The notes: a model not told the origin generated them from the sequence alone. Positions 38,752-49,597 are shown, numbered from the stretch's first letter. The stretch is 64,000 nucleotides of DNA from Trueperaceae bacterium (GCA_965213925.1 OZ243927.1:3968001-4032000); one strand, 5' to 3'. Made by a program: numbers and translations.

Positions 38752-39057
38752 CTATTGCGTGTGATACCACTTTACAACACTACCATCTGCTTTTGAGATG
38801 ACAACATGGGGTCCTCCGCCAGGACGAGGTGGTACGTAAGAGCGGTAGAAACCAACGTCCCAAGTATCTTTACCATTACGAACAGACGCGGTAAGGTTAT
38901 CCCAATCGTAATTGGGGAATTTATCAGTCCAAAAAGCCTTCGCTCTCACGACAGCCATATTCCGAGTTATAGTCTGCGGCGCTTGTTCGGTAGGCTTGTT
39001 CGGCGAGGCGCACCCACTGATAAAGCAGGTAAGAAAAAGGATAACCATTAATCTCAT
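38752..39057 (-). CDS. Small lipoprotein, NTF2-fold immunity-protein-like
   Basis: Lipobox ISGC; W.V...PGGGPHVVISKADGSV..YH. Confidence 0.55.
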   Translation of the reverse strand: MRLMVILFLTCFISGCASPNKPTEQAPQTITRNMAVVRAKAFWTDKFPNYDWDNLTASVRNGKDTWDVGFYRSYVPPRPGGGPHVVISKADGSVVKWYHTQ

Positions 39058-39101
39058 GTGGATAGTATAAAAGAGCGGCGTCTCTCCTCGAGGCTCAACA
39101 C

Positions 39102-39491
39102 TCACTCCGCCGTCTGCACCAACTCCTCTTTCGTGAACCACATCGCCTCGGGCTCCACCTCTTCAGAAAGTTCCGGCCCAGTATCTTTCCACTCCTGATT
39201 CTCCAAGGTCATGATGGGCTCAACTACCATGTCCTGCGAGCATTTGATTTGGCACGACAAGCGGTAGGTCGGCGCACCCACTTGACCTCGAGTTCCGTAG
39301 CCGAGCTTTAAGAACTCCGCGCGGGTCATCTCAAGAGGTTCACCCGAGACGAACTCGACGCGGCAGGTCGTACACCTCGCTTGACCGCCGCAGCGGTGTC
39401 CGATGTTAACGCCTAAGTCTTTGATAGCTAAGACGAGGCGTTTGTCTTCGCTGAATTCTGCGCTTTGTCCGTTGACGGTGATGGTGGGCAT
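39102..39491 (-). CDS. 2Fe-2S ferredoxin
   Basis: CGGQARCTTC...RLSCQ. Confidence 0.9.
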   Translation of the reverse strand: MPTITVNGQSAEFSEDKRLVLAIKDLGVNIGHRCGGQARCTTCRVEFVSGEPLEMTRAEFLKLGYGTRGQVGAPTYRLSCQIKCSQDMVVEPIMTLENQEWKDTGPELSEEVEPEAMWFTKEELVQTAE

Positions 39492-39542
39492 AATATCTCC
39501 TAAGTTGTAGCTGAGTTTTCTGATGGCTATGTATGTGGGTAC

Positions 39543-39625
39543 AAGTAGACAGTAGTCAGAATTCAGTAGTCAGCCAATGCACTAGGATTCACTACTGAAT
39601 TCTGACACCTGACTACCGTCTACTT
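39543..39625. repeat. Long imperfect inverted repeat built from short repeat units
   Basis: AAGTAGACAGTAGTCAGAATTCAGTAGT ... ACTACTGAATTCTGACACCTGACTACCGTCTACTT. Confidence 0.75.
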
Positions 39626-39633
39626 CTTTCACG

Positions 39634-40389
39634 TTACTTCTGCTCTCTCGCAGCCACGATTGCAGCCCCCACAATCCCCGCCTCGTTGCGCAACTCCGCC
39701 GCGACAAAGGGCGTCTCTAGCTCTAAAACCTCGAAGAACTTCTCGCTCTTTTTACTGACGCCGCCGCCGATGATAAAGAGGTCGGGGGAAAAGAGGAACT
39801 CGAGCTTCCCCAGATACACGTTTACCCGCTTGCCCCACTTTTTCCAACTTAAATCTTCCGCTTTACGCACGCTGCTCGCCGCCCACTTCTCGGCGTCTTC
39901 GTGCTCTTTAAGCGCCATGTGCCCCAGTTCGGTATTGGGAATGAGTTTGCCGTCAATAAACATCCCGCTACCGATGCCCGTGCCGAAGGTCAGGGTGAAG
40001 ACGACGCCTTTTTTGCCCTTGCCCGCACCGAAGGTCATTTCCGCCACACCCGCGGCGTCCGCGTCGTTGAGAAGGCTCACAGGGCAGCCCGTCGCTTCGC
40101 TAAAAAGCGCGGCGGCGTCCGTGCCGATCCAGTCGTCGTCCACGTTCGCCGCCGACAGGGCGACGCCATTTTTAACAACCGCGGGAAAGGTGCAGCCGAT
40201 AGGACCCTTCCACTCGAAGTGCTTGACGATGTCCACGACCACCTCAGCCACTGCCTCCGGTTTGGAGGGCTGCGGCGTCTCGATGCGGTAGCGCTCACGG
40301 GTGAGTTCGCCTGTCTCCAAGTTCACCGTCGCACCCTTGATGCCCGAGCCGCCGATGTCGATCCCTAAAATGTCGCTTTTATTTGCCAT
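39634..40389 (-). CDS. ppgK: Polyphosphate glucokinase (ROK family)
   Basis: GIDIGGSGIKG, TPQPS, NDADAAG, NTELGH, GGGVSKK. Confidence 0.9.
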   Translation of the reverse strand: MANKSDILGIDIGGSGIKGATVNLETGELTRERYRIETPQPSKPEAVAEVVVDIVKHFEWKGPIGCTFPAVVKNGVALSAANVDDDWIGTDAAALFSEATGCPVSLLNDADAAGVAEMTFGAGKGKKGVVFTLTFGTGIGSGMFIDGKLIPNTELGHMALKEHEDAEKWAASSVRKAEDLSWKKWGKRVNVYLGKLEFLFSPDLFIIGGGVSKKSEKFFEVLELETPFVAAELRNEAGIVGAAIVAAREQK

Positions 40390-40490
40390 GAGGGGATTAT
40401 GACCTATTTTGACTTCTTAGGGCTAGGAAAGTGCGTTTCAGCTTTCTTTCAACCTCTCTAGGAGCGTTTAGGTTGAGACAAGGAGGCAAG

Positions 40491-41306
40491 ATGATTGTAG
40501 AAACGATTCAAGGACAAGAGGTCCCCGCGCTCGGCTTCGGCACCTGGGACTTAAACGGTGAGGATTGCGTTAAAGGCGTCGAGCACGCGCTTTCGCTCGG
40601 CTATAGGCATATCGACACCGCACAAGGCTACGACAACGAAGCGGAGGTCGGGCGCGGGCTCAAGAACTCGAGCGTGAGCCGCGAGGACATCTTTCTTGTC
40701 ACGAAGCTGAAACCGAGCAACTTCGCAGAGGATAAAGCGCTCAGGACGACGCGGGAGAGCTTGGAGAAGTTGGACGCGGGCTACGTCGACCTCTTGCTGC
40801 TGCACTGGCCTAACCCAGACGTACCCGTAGGCGAAACGCTCGGCACACTACGTCAGTTCGTCGAAGAGGGCAGCGTGCGGCGCGTGGGCGTCAGCAACTT
40901 TACGCCGTCACTGGTAGAGGAGGCAAAGCAGCACGCGGAAATTTTTGCGAATCAGGTGGAGTATCATCCATATCTGTCGCAGGACAAGCTCGTCGATCAA
41001 GCGAAAAGTCTAGGCTACCTCTTGACCGCATATAGCCCCATCGCCAAAGGAAAAGTCATGGACGACGAGACCTTGCGAGACATCGGTGAGGCGCACGGTA
41101 AGTCGCCCGTGCAGGTCTGCTTGCGCTGGCTCGTGCAGCAAGAGCACGTCGCGGCGATCCCGAAAGCGAGCAGCGCGGCGCACAGGGAGAGCAACTTCGA
41201 CATCTTCGACTTTGAGCTATCCGACGAGGAGATGCGGAAAATCTACGACTTGCGCCGCGAAGAGCGCATCGTTGACCCGGCGGGCGGTCCGGACTGGGAG
41301 CGGTAG
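40491..41306 (+). CDS. Aldo/keto reductase
   Basis: LGFGTW, DTAQGY, LLHWP, GVSNF, AIPKA. Confidence 0.93.
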   Translation: MIVETIQGQEVPALGFGTWDLNGEDCVKGVEHALSLGYRHIDTAQGYDNEAEVGRGLKNSSVSREDIFLVTKLKPSNFAEDKALRTTRESLEKLDAGYVDLLLLHWPNPDVPVGETLGTLRQFVEEGSVRRVGVSNFTPSLVEEAKQHAEIFANQVEYHPYLSQDKLVDQAKSLGYLLTAYSPIAKGKVMDDETLRDIGEAHGKSPVQVCLRWLVQQEHVAAIPKASSAAHRESNFDIFDFELSDEEMRKIYDLRREERIVDPAGGPDWER

Positions 41307-41423
41307 AGGCGAGTTTGAAGCTTGTCTTAGAGTTGCCTGCACTTACTCTCGAGCACGGCCCAGCAACCACTTCAGTCTTCGAATGCTAGAGTGACCTCTT
41401 ATGAGAGGTAACATCTTAGCATT

Positions 41424-42287
41424 ATGAGAGGTATCATCTTAGCAGGCGGCTCCGGCACGCGCCTCTATCCGGCGACTCGTGCGCTCAGCAAACAGCTCGT
41501 CCCCGTGTACGACAAGCCGATGATCTACTATCCCTTGTCCGTCCTGATGCTCGCGGATATCCGCGAGGTGCTTGTCATCACCACGCCGCATGACCGGGAG
41601 AGCTTCGAGCGGCTTTTAGGCGACGGCTCGCAGTGGGGCGTGACGCTCCGCTACGCCGAGCAGCCTGAGCCCGAGGGCTTGGCGCAAGCCTTTATCATCG
41701 GGCGCGAGTTCGTCGGTGACAGTTCCGTCTGCCTTATTTTAGGCGATAACATCTTTTTCGGACAGAGCTTCGGTCAGCAGCTCCGGCGGGCGACCTCTTT
41801 GGAAAAAGGTGCCACTGTTTTCGGCTACTACGTGCGCGACCCCGAGCGCTACGGCGTGGTGGAGTTCGGCGAGGACGGCAAAGCGGTAAGTTTGGAGGAG
41901 AAACCCGCGCAGCCTAAATCGAACTACGCCGTGACCGGGCTCTACTTCTACGACAACCAGGTTTTAGACATCGCCAAAAACCTCGAACCTTCGCCCAGGG
42001 GCGAGCTGGAAATCACCGACGTGAACAAGGCATATTTGCAACAGGATCAACTCCACGTCGAACTGATGGGGCGCGGCATGGCGTGGCTCGATACGGGCAC
42101 ACACGAATCACTCCTGCAAGCCTCGAACTTCGTCGAGACCATCGAGCAGCGCCAAGGGCTCAAAATCGCCTGTTTGGAAGAGGTCGCCTACCGCAAAGGT
42201 TGGATAAACGCCGAGACCCTAGCCGAACTCGCGGAGCCGATGAAGAAAAATGAGTACGGTCAGTATTTACTCAACCTCTTGAAATAA
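41424..42287 (+). CDS. rmlA: Glucose-1-phosphate thymidylyltransferase
   Basis: [28 protein letters not shown]. Confidence 0.97.
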   Translation: MRGIILAGGSGTRLYPATRALSKQLVPVYDKPMIYYPLSVLMLADIREVLVITTPHDRESFERLLGDGSQWGVTLRYAEQPEPEGLAQAFIIGREFVGDSSVCLILGDNIFFGQSFGQQLRRATSLEKGATVFGYYVRDPERYGVVEFGEDGKAVSLEEKPAQPKSNYAVTGLYFYDNQVLDIAKNLEPSPRGELEITDVNKAYLQQDQLHVELMGRGMAWLDTGTHESLLQASNFVETIEQRQGLKIACLEEVAYRKGWINAETLAELAEPMKKNEYGQYLLNLLK

Positions 42288-42298
42288 AGGAGTTGCGG

Positions 42299-42841
42299 AT
42301 GTCGCACGAAGTCTCATGGGCAAGGATGGCGGAGGGCTTGTCGGAGCCGTGGAAGAATGTATTTGCTGATTTTATGAAGAGAAATACGCTCGATGCTGCA
42401 CGCTATACCACTGTTAATGAGATCAATCTTGAAGGTTTACCGATTATCAACCTAGAACCTCTTGAGTTCTTTCCGGACCTCCGCCAACTCAATATCTCGA
42501 GCACAAGGATTCGAGACTTACGACCTTTAACAAATGTGCCAAGACTCGAGATGTTTTACGCAGACTTCGGTGAATTCGAAGACTTAGGGCCGCTGGCTCA
42601 GCTTACCGAACTTAGAGAAGTTGACGTGACCTGTTCTCTCGCGCACCTTACCGATATATCTGCGCTCTCAGAGTGTCGAAAGCTAGAGAAGGTCTACTTG
42701 GCGCATAGCCCGATCACCTCAATTAAACCTCTATTTGAGTTACCGTCGCTCGAGCTTCTCAGCGTAACCAACACGGAAATACCTGAGGAAGAGCTAGAGT
42801 CCTTTCGGGAGTTGCATCCAACATGTGTCATTTGGAGTTAA
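42299..42841 (+). CDS. Leucine-rich repeat protein
   Basis: Repeated L..L..L..L.L units of about 22 aa. Confidence 0.85.
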   Translation: MSHEVSWARMAEGLSEPWKNVFADFMKRNTLDAARYTTVNEINLEGLPIINLEPLEFFPDLRQLNISSTRIRDLRPLTNVPRLEMFYADFGEFEDLGPLAQLTELREVDVTCSLAHLTDISALSECRKLEKVYLAHSPITSIKPLFELPSLELLSVTNTEIPEEELESFRELHPTCVIWS

Positions 42842-43007
42842 AGCGCTACGCCTAGTCAGTGTTAGCACATCCAAGATTAGGGTGAAGTTGTCTGCATCAT
42901 CCCTAATTGCACTTTGCATTAAGGGAAAATGTTGGACTTTCGGGATAAAATAGTGCGCTGATGTTACGAACTGTCCCCATCTCTATTCCGACTTCGGACG
43001 CTACCCC

Positions 43008-43745
43008 ATGACGATTCTCTTAACAGGCGGCTCCGGACGACTCGGTAGCGAGTTGCGTACGCTGATGCCAGACATCATCGCGCCGCCGAGCGCAGAACTC
43101 GACCTCACGAACGCCGCCAACGTGCAGCACGCGCTCAGGCTCTACAAACCCGGTGTCGTCATCCACGCCGCCGCCTACACCGACGTCAAAGGGGCGGAAA
43201 CGAATCAAGCCGCGTGCTGGCGAGTCAACGTCGAGGGCACGCGCAACCTCATCAGGGCGCTAAAGCATACTGAGAAAGACACGGTGCTCGTTCACATCTC
43301 CACCGATTATGTCTTTTACGGCGACACAGGGAACTACCTCGAGGATGACCCGGTTGGACCCGTGCGCAACTATTACGCGCTGAGCAAGCTCGTCGCGGAA
43401 GAGGTCGCGAGACTCGCCGAGCGCCACCTGATCATCCGCACCAGCTTTCGCCCACGAGAGTTTCCGTATCCGGTGGCGTTCGCGGACGTGTTTACGAGCC
43501 AAGACTACGTGGACGTTATCGCGCCAGAAATCGCTTTAGCGGTGCAGCACGTGAACGACATCTCCTTCAGCACCTTGCATATCGCCACCGAACGCAAAAG
43601 CGTCTACGACCTCGCCAAAAGGCGGAGTGACGACGTTAAACCGGGCTCCAAAGCCGACGCGGGCGTTTCGCTGCCGGGCGACATCAGCTTAAATGTCGAG
43701 CGGTGGCAAAACCTCCGAGCGTCCTTAGAAAAGAGTACTTTATGA
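43008..43745 (+). CDS. rmlD: dTDP-4-dehydrorhamnose reductase
   Basis: TGGSGRLG, AAYTDV, ISTDYVF, YALSK. Confidence 0.92.
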   Translation: MTILLTGGSGRLGSELRTLMPDIIAPPSAELDLTNAANVQHALRLYKPGVVIHAAAYTDVKGAETNQAACWRVNVEGTRNLIRALKHTEKDTVLVHISTDYVFYGDTGNYLEDDPVGPVRNYYALSKLVAEEVARLAERHLIIRTSFRPREFPYPVAFADVFTSQDYVDVIAPEIALAVQHVNDISFSTLHIATERKSVYDLAKRRSDDVKPGSKADAGVSLPGDISLNVERWQNLRASLEKSTL

Positions 43746-44278
43746 CCGACCTCTCTAAACCCGCCGCTGAAGCGCTGACCTTTCAGGCTTACGAGCCTCA
43801 TCCCGCAATCGACGGCGTATGGACCCACAAACTCGTTAAGCGGCGGAGCGATAACGGCTTCTTCATGGAGTACGCGCGGCTTAGTCAAGGAAACGTGGAG
43901 GGTCTGCCGCACGACTTCACGGCTAAGCAAATCAGTGTCTCGAGAGCCGAGCCAGGGCGCATCAACGCCTTTCACATCCACCCGAGGGAGCCGCAGAACG
44001 AACTCTGGACGGTCATTCAAGGTCGACTCAAGGTGTGGCTCGCGGACTGCCGCGCAGGTTCCCCGACCGAAGGCAAAAAACGACCCTTTATCTTAAACGG
44101 CGAAGAACCCGCGCAGCTCTATATTCCAGCGGGCGTGGCGCACGGCTACCAAGCAGGACCGGACGGCGCAACGCTCCTCTACGCGATGGACCAACAATTC
44201 AACCTGGACAACCCGAACGAGGGACGCTTGCCCTGGGACTTCTTCGGGGCGGACCTGTGGGCAGAGGATAGGGGTTAA
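43742..44278 (+). CDS. rmlC: dTDP-4-dehydrorhamnose 3,5-epimerase family
   Basis: D.GFFME, AFHIH, LYIPAGVAHGY. Confidence 0.88.
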   Translation: MTDLSKPAAEALTFQAYEPHPAIDGVWTHKLVKRRSDNGFFMEYARLSQGNVEGLPHDFTAKQISVSRAEPGRINAFHIHPREPQNELWTVIQGRLKVWLADCRAGSPTEGKKRPFILNGEEPAQLYIPAGVAHGYQAGPDGATLLYAMDQQFNLDNPNEGRLPWDFFGADLWAEDRG

Positions 44279-44280
44279 AG

Positions 44281-45282
44281 ATGGATTATAAGAAACTTTT
44301 AGTCACGGGCGGGCTCGGCTTTATCGGCTCCTCGTACATCCGCATCATACTGAGCGAGACGGACTTGGAAATCGTCAACTTAGACCTCATGACCTACGCC
44401 GCGAACCCCGCGACGCTAAGCGACTTCGAGGATGACCCGCGCTACACCTTCATCAAAGGAGACATCGCTGACCCAGAGGTTGTCGAAGAAGCCGCGCAGG
44501 GCTGTGACGCGGTGCTCAACTTCGCCGCCGAGACGCACGTAGACCGCTCCATTCAGGACGCCGCGCCCTTTACGCGCACGAATGTGGAGGGGGTGCGGGT
44601 GTTGCTCGAGGCTGCCCGCGCCCGCAACATCCGCTTCGTCCAAGTCTCCACCGATGAGGTCTACGGCGAAGTCATGGAAGGTTTGAGCGTCGAAAACGAC
44701 CCTTTTAGACCGCGCAGCCCGTACAGCGCCTCCAAAGCGGGCGGCGATCTCCTGGTGCAAGCCTACGCCACGACCTACGGCATGGACGTGGTGACGACGC
44801 GCGGCTCGAACAACTACGGTCCCTACCAGTTCCCCGAAAAGGTCATCCCGCTCTTCGTGACCAACGCTTTGGAGGACCAACCGCTGCCCATCTACGGCAC
44901 GGGCAAAGCGATTCGCGACTATATCTTTGTAGATGACCATGCGCGAGGCATTCACCAGGCGCTGCTCGAGGGCAAAAGCGGCGAGGCGTATAACATCGGC
45001 GGAGAGAATCAGACGGACGGGCTGGCGGTTGCCGCAACGATTCTGAACACGTTGGACAAACCCGGCGACCTCATCCAACACGTTAAAGACCGCCCCGGTC
45101 ACGACTACCGCTACGCGCTGGATATTTCTAAGGCGAAGCGTGAGCTAGATTGGCAGCCGAGCATGACCTTTGCCGAGGGAATTGCGAAGACGATTAAATG
45201 GTATCAGGAGCACCCGGAGTGGTGGCGGGAGACGAAGGCGGGGCAGAAGGAGTATTTCGAGAAGCAGTACGTGGAGCGCTGA
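44281..45282 (+). CDS. rmlB: dTDP-glucose 4,6-dehydratase
   Basis: TGGLGFIGS, AETHVDRS, STDEVYG, YSASK, DRPGHD. Confidence 0.96.
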   Translation: MDYKKLLVTGGLGFIGSSYIRIILSETDLEIVNLDLMTYAANPATLSDFEDDPRYTFIKGDIADPEVVEEAAQGCDAVLNFAAETHVDRSIQDAAPFTRTNVEGVRVLLEAARARNIRFVQVSTDEVYGEVMEGLSVENDPFRPRSPYSASKAGGDLLVQAYATTYGMDVVTTRGSNNYGPYQFPEKVIPLFVTNALEDQPLPIYGTGKAIRDYIFVDDHARGIHQALLEGKSGEAYNIGGENQTDGLAVAATILNTLDKPGDLIQHVKDRPGHDYRYALDISKAKRELDWQPSMTFAEGIAKTIKWYQEHPEWWRETKAGQKEYFEKQYVER

Positions 45283-45821
45283 GCGTTAGTTGAACTGTTG
45301 AGGCTAGAAAGTGTCCAACGCAAGGTTCAGGCTGTAGTATGAGGAATTCAAAGAAAATCGAGACGTAGCCAAAGATATTTTCGGTTTGACTCGTGAAGGA
45401 CTGGTCGGGTTTTTAGGGCAACCTGATGACGTCGGCGGTACATCGCGTAAATACGAAACTCCTTCGGTCTACAAGTATGATGACCTCGAGTTCTTCTTTG
45501 AACCTTGGCAGGACGGCAGGCTACACACGCCTTACAAGATAGTCAGAGTAACTGCACGCTAAGCCTTACACTTAACGATTTGCATGGGTCAACTTAGCCT
45601 TTAACGCTACATTCCTCCCACCGACCTGTAAAGCAAGCCGAACATAAGGTTGTAGGCTCGAGCAGCCAAACACAACTCAATTCGCATAACAACGATTTAG
45701 CGGATTCACTCACCGTGAATCCGCTAAATGTCACTTCTAATGACAATTTTAACTCCTTTAAGACGACGTAATTGACTTCATAGCCGCGTTTGAAGCAATT
45801 TGCTCTAATAGTGACAAGAAT

Positions 45822-45894
45822 TTCCGGAGCGATGAAGCTTATCCCGTTATCTGGGCACCTGGGGTAAGTGGAGCGAGTGGTGCAACCGACGGGA
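45822..45894 (+). ncRNA. c-di-GMP-II riboswitch
   Basis: GGAGCGATGAA-GCTTATCCC...CTGGGCACCTGGGGTAAGT-GGAGCGAGTGGTGCAACCGAC; GCAC/GTGC pseudoknot. Confidence 0.85.
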
Positions 45895-45934
45895 CGGCGC
45901 ATACGCCCTCCCACAGCAATACCTGGGAGGGTTC

Positions 45935-48187
45935 ATGCAGCTTGCACGCATCTCATCACACATTTTGGGCATTATGGTCTTTTCGCTCCTCGCCGCGTGT
46001 AGCAGCGCCGGAAACCAGGTCGTCGAGCCTAAACTCGCGGAGCCTCTACTGACCAGCTCGAGCACCAGCGCCACGCTGCGCCTCGCCAACGAAGGCGGCG
46101 CACCCCTCTCCTTCGAAGTCACGAGTAACGACCCGCGCATCGTCGTCACCCCGCAAAAAGGCACCCTAAAAGGCAACAAAGCGCGCACCCTAGAAGTCAG
46201 CGCGGTATGCGACGAGGGCACGGCTGAAAGCGACCTCACCATCACATCGAACGACGCGGCGACGCCCGTTAAAACCGTTCCGCTCACGCTTACGTGCGGC
46301 GCGACCCAAGGACCCGTCTGGTGGCTCAGCGCGAACACCTTAACCGTCGATAGTGACGGCGATCTGAGCGCCCAACAAGAGGTCACGAAGAAAGTAACAC
46401 TCAGTAACAGCGGGCGCGTGAAGGGCGAGTACACCCTCTCGAGCACCCAAGACTGGCTCAGCGTGGCGCGCACCTCCGGCGAATTGGACGCGGGCGAGAA
46501 GGACGAGTTGGCGTTCTCCGTTCGCCCTTGCACCGAGCCTAAGCGTGACAGCGCCGAGCTTACGGTCAATGGCGGCGGCGCGAGCGCTTCACTCACCGTA
46601 GTGCGCGACTGCGACGCCGAAAACGCGGCGACCTTAGACCTCAAGTTCGAGCGCTTTTACATCAACCAGGCGGTACCGGCGGCGGATTCACACCGCCCGC
46701 CCCACGAGCGCCGCACCCTCATCGCCTCGCGCGAAGGTCTGGCGCGCGCGTTCGTCCACGCGAACCAGCTCAGCGACCAAGAGGTCACCGTGCGCCTTCA
46801 CTACAAAAACGCTGACGGCGAAGGTCACCTCGACCTCAGCGGTCCGGCGAGCGCCCCGACTCAAGCGGACGAAGGCGACCTTGGCAGCACCTTTAACGCC
46901 ATGTTGGACAAAACGCTCCTCACGCCTGGCCTCAAAATCGCGGTGGAAATCGACCCCGAAAATAAGGTCGCCGAGCGCAACGAGGCGAACAACCGCTACC
47001 CCGCTTCGGGCTTCGTCTCCCTAAAGGTGACGCAAGCGCCGACGCTCAACCTCACGCTCGTGCCGGTGAGCTACAAAGGCAGAACTCCGGTGCTGGACAA
47101 AGCGGCGCAAGAGGACCTCTTGCAGCAAACGCGCCTGATGTACCCTCTAAGCGACGTTCGCGTTCGCGTTCATACGCCCTACACCTTTAGCGGCGTTTTA
47201 GAGGCGCGAGACGGCAAGGGCTGGAACCAACTCCTCTCGCAACTCACCAAGTTACGCACCCTGGACGGCAGCAGCGACCTCTACTACGGCGTCGTCGAGC
47301 CCGGCTATAGCGGCGGCATCGCGGGCGTGGGCTGGGTCGGCGGCTCGCCCGTGTCGGTCGGCTGGAATAGAGCGACGGGCACCCCCTCGAGCCGCAGCTC
47401 CGTCATGGCGCACGAGCTAGGTCACAACTGGCAGCGCAACCACGCACCTTGCAATGTAGACGGCGACAGACACTACCCCCACACCGAAGGACAGATAGGG
47501 GTATGGGGCTTCGACCACAGCACGCATACTCTCAAAGCGCCCGCAGACAACGCCGACATCATGGGCTACTGCCGCCCCGCCTGGATCAGCGACTACACCT
47601 ACGACGGCATCATGGACTACCGCCAAGGGCACGCCTACGACATTCAGAGCCAATCTCTTCCCACGAACGCCCTCATCGTGAGCGGCAGCGTCGAGCGCGG
47701 CGCGGTGACGCTCAACCCCGTCTTCCAAGCCGAAGCCGTCACCGACACCCCCACCCCCGGTCCCTACACCCTCATCGGCACGGACAGCGCCGGACGCACC
47801 CTCTTCAGCGTGCCCTTTAGCACCCAAAGCGTGGCGGACGTGCCCGAAGCGAGCTTCTCCGGTTTCAACCTCACCGTGCCCCTCAGTGAAGGCGAGGCGA
47901 GTGACCTCTCGAGTCTCCGTATTGAGCGTAATGGCAAAGTCCTCGCCGAGCAGAGTACGGCACTCCGCACGCAGTCCGCGCAGAAGACCGAGGTAAAGCG
48001 CGTCAATGGCAAGCTCACCCTCACCTGGGACGCCAGCGCCTACGACGCCGTGATCGTTCGCGACGCCGAGGGCAACATCCTAGCGATGGACGAAAGTGGA
48101 GAGGTTGTTTTGGAGACGCAGAGCAGCGCCTTAACGCTCACCTTCTCCGACGGCTTACGCTCGCACGAAGAGGTATTGACGTTCTAA
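45935..48187 (+). CDS. Secreted lipoprotein: Ig/BACON-like repeats plus M66-like zinc metallopeptidase
   Basis: Lipobox LAAC; HELGHNWQRNHAPC; DIMGYC Met-turn; WISDYTY. Confidence 0.8.
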   Translation: MQLARISSHILGIMVFSLLAACSSAGNQVVEPKLAEPLLTSSSTSATLRLANEGGAPLSFEVTSNDPRIVVTPQKGTLKGNKARTLEVSAVCDEGTAESDLTITSNDAATPVKTVPLTLTCGATQGPVWWLSANTLTVDSDGDLSAQQEVTKKVTLSNSGRVKGEYTLSSTQDWLSVARTSGELDAGEKDELAFSVRPCTEPKRDSAELTVNGGGASASLTVVRDCDAENAATLDLKFERFYINQAVPAADSHRPPHERRTLIASREGLARAFVHANQLSDQEVTVRLHYKNADGEGHLDLSGPASAPTQADEGDLGSTFNAMLDKTLLTPGLKIAVEIDPENKVAERNEANNRYPASGFVSLKVTQAPTLNLTLVPVSYKGRTPVLDKAAQEDLLQQTRLMYPLSDVRVRVHTPYTFSGVLEARDGKGWNQLLSQLTKLRTLDGSSDLYYGVVEPGYSGGIAGVGWVGGSPVSVGWNRATGTPSSRSSVMAHELGHNWQRNHAPCNVDGDRHYPHTEGQIGVWGFDHSTHTLKAPADNADIMGYCRPAWISDYTYDGIMDYRQGHAYDIQSQSLPTNALIVSGSVERGAVTLNPVFQAEAVTDTPTPGPYTLIGTDSAGRTLFSVPFSTQSVADVPEASFSGFNLTVPLSEGEASDLSSLRIERNGKVLAEQSTALRTQSAQKTEVKRVNGKLTLTWDASAYDAVIVRDAEGNILAMDESGEVVLETQSSALTLTFSDGLRSHEEVLTF

Positions 48188-48207
48188 AGCTCTGATCTGA
48201 CTGTTCA

Positions 48208-48238
48208 AAAGAGCGCACTCACCGTAGGTGCGCTCTTT
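48208..48238 (+). terminator. Terminator after the peptidase gene
   Basis: AAAGAGCGCAC...GTGCGCTCTTT. Confidence 0.7.
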
Positions 48239-48670
48239 CGTTGTTGAAGCCAGCTTTTAGTTGTCAAAACGGGTAGAGGTTCTGAGTCGAATGCTCCTAT
48301 GTACCCCTTCTGCCGCCTCCACGCGACAAAGGGGTTTCAACCCCTTGCTTCTGACCTCAGTGTCATTCCAGACAGAGCCACTACCACGTGATGGAGTCCG
48401 AAAACGGCCATGCGCAAATGGTCACTTCGGCTACGGCTCTAACCCGAGGACGTCTCAAAGTCTAGGGCAACCAAGTGTTAAATTTTCCATATTTTTAAGC
48501 GGGTGAATTCCTTAACATAGGGGTGCGCGACACATTCTTTTCGTTGCCTCCCGCGCGAAATCTACATAGATTCATTCGGGGGATGAGGGATATTGAGGTC
48601 AACCGCGCCAACAACTCACACAACTTCACATTGCACTACTGCACTCCAAGAAGGTGTGTATAGTTTCTCT

Positions 48671-49597
48671 ATGCCCGACAACATCCCCGCGCTACCCAAA
48701 GGTCTTAGTGTGAAGCGGCAGGGGGAGAGCCTCGAGGTCACTCGTTCTAAAGCAGGCGAAATTCACCTTTTGTCTACCCGCTACACAGCCGAACTGGTAA
48801 GAACAACTATGAGAGTCGGCAAGCGAATCACGCTTACGCCCGCTGAGGATGACAAGGTGACTGAGATTTATTTCATCTTAAAAGGTATGTTGCGGTGTGA
48901 CTTGCCTGCAGGACCACTAAGAATAAGCTCCGGCGACTACCTCATCGCTGAAGGTTTAGAGCAACCCGTCATCTTCACTACGGAGACAAGCGTCGAGTTT
49001 TTGTATCTCACATCGCACCCTTTCTTTCACCATATCAGCAGCGAAATACATGAGTTGAGGCAGCTCGCCGTCGAGGTCGAGCAGAAAGACGGTTACACGG
49101 CGAACCATTGTGAAAGGTTGCAGTCGCTTTCTTATGCGGTGGGCAAAGTTCTCGGGCTGCCTCTCTACCGCCTTCACTATCTTGACTACGGTGCTTACTT
49201 GCATGATGTTGGAAAAGTGCACGTACCAATAGAAATACTCAATAAGCCCTCTGCCCTCACACCTTTAGAATGGGATATCATTAAGAAACATCCTATTTTT
49301 GGTAGAGAGATGGTCGACAAGACTTTCATGAAAGAATCTGGACCCATCATTGAGCAGCACCATGAGAAGCTTGATGGAAGCGGCTATCCCTACGGTCTAT
49401 CTGGGGACGAAATATCAACGGAAGCCTACATCATAGCGGTTGCCGACGCTTACGACGCGATGACGAGCAACCGCCCCTACCGCCGCGCACTGAGCCATGA
49501 CGAAGCTATCGCTGAACTTATGCGCTTTTCAGGTCGGCATTACCCGAGTGAGATTATTCAGGCGTTTCTCGAGGTGGTGGGCACGATGAAACCTTAA
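48671..49597 (+). CDS. HD-GYP phosphodiesterase with N-terminal cupin-like domain
   Basis: HDVGK, HHEKLDGSGYP, ADAYDAMTSNRPYR. Confidence 0.9.
   Translation: MPDNIPALPKGLSVKRQGESLEVTRSKAGEIHLLSTRYTAELVRTTMRVGKRITLTPAEDDKVTEIYFILKGMLRCDLPAGPLRISSGDYLIAEGLEQPVIFTTETSVEFLYLTSHPFFHHISSEIHELRQLAVEVEQKDGYTANHCERLQSLSYAVGKVLGLPLYRLHYLDYGAYLHDVGKVHVPIEILNKPSALTPLEWDIIKKHPIFGREMVDKTFMKESGPIIEQHHEKLDGSGYPYGLSGDEISTEAYIIAVADAYDAMTSNRPYRRALSHDEAIAELMRFSGRHYPSEIIQAFLEVVGTMKP

Noticed and set aside
45339..45545. Coding-like fragment (LGQPDDVGGTSRKY..PSVYKYDDLEFFF)
   Set aside because: Frameshifted, with no clean start; too degraded to assign.
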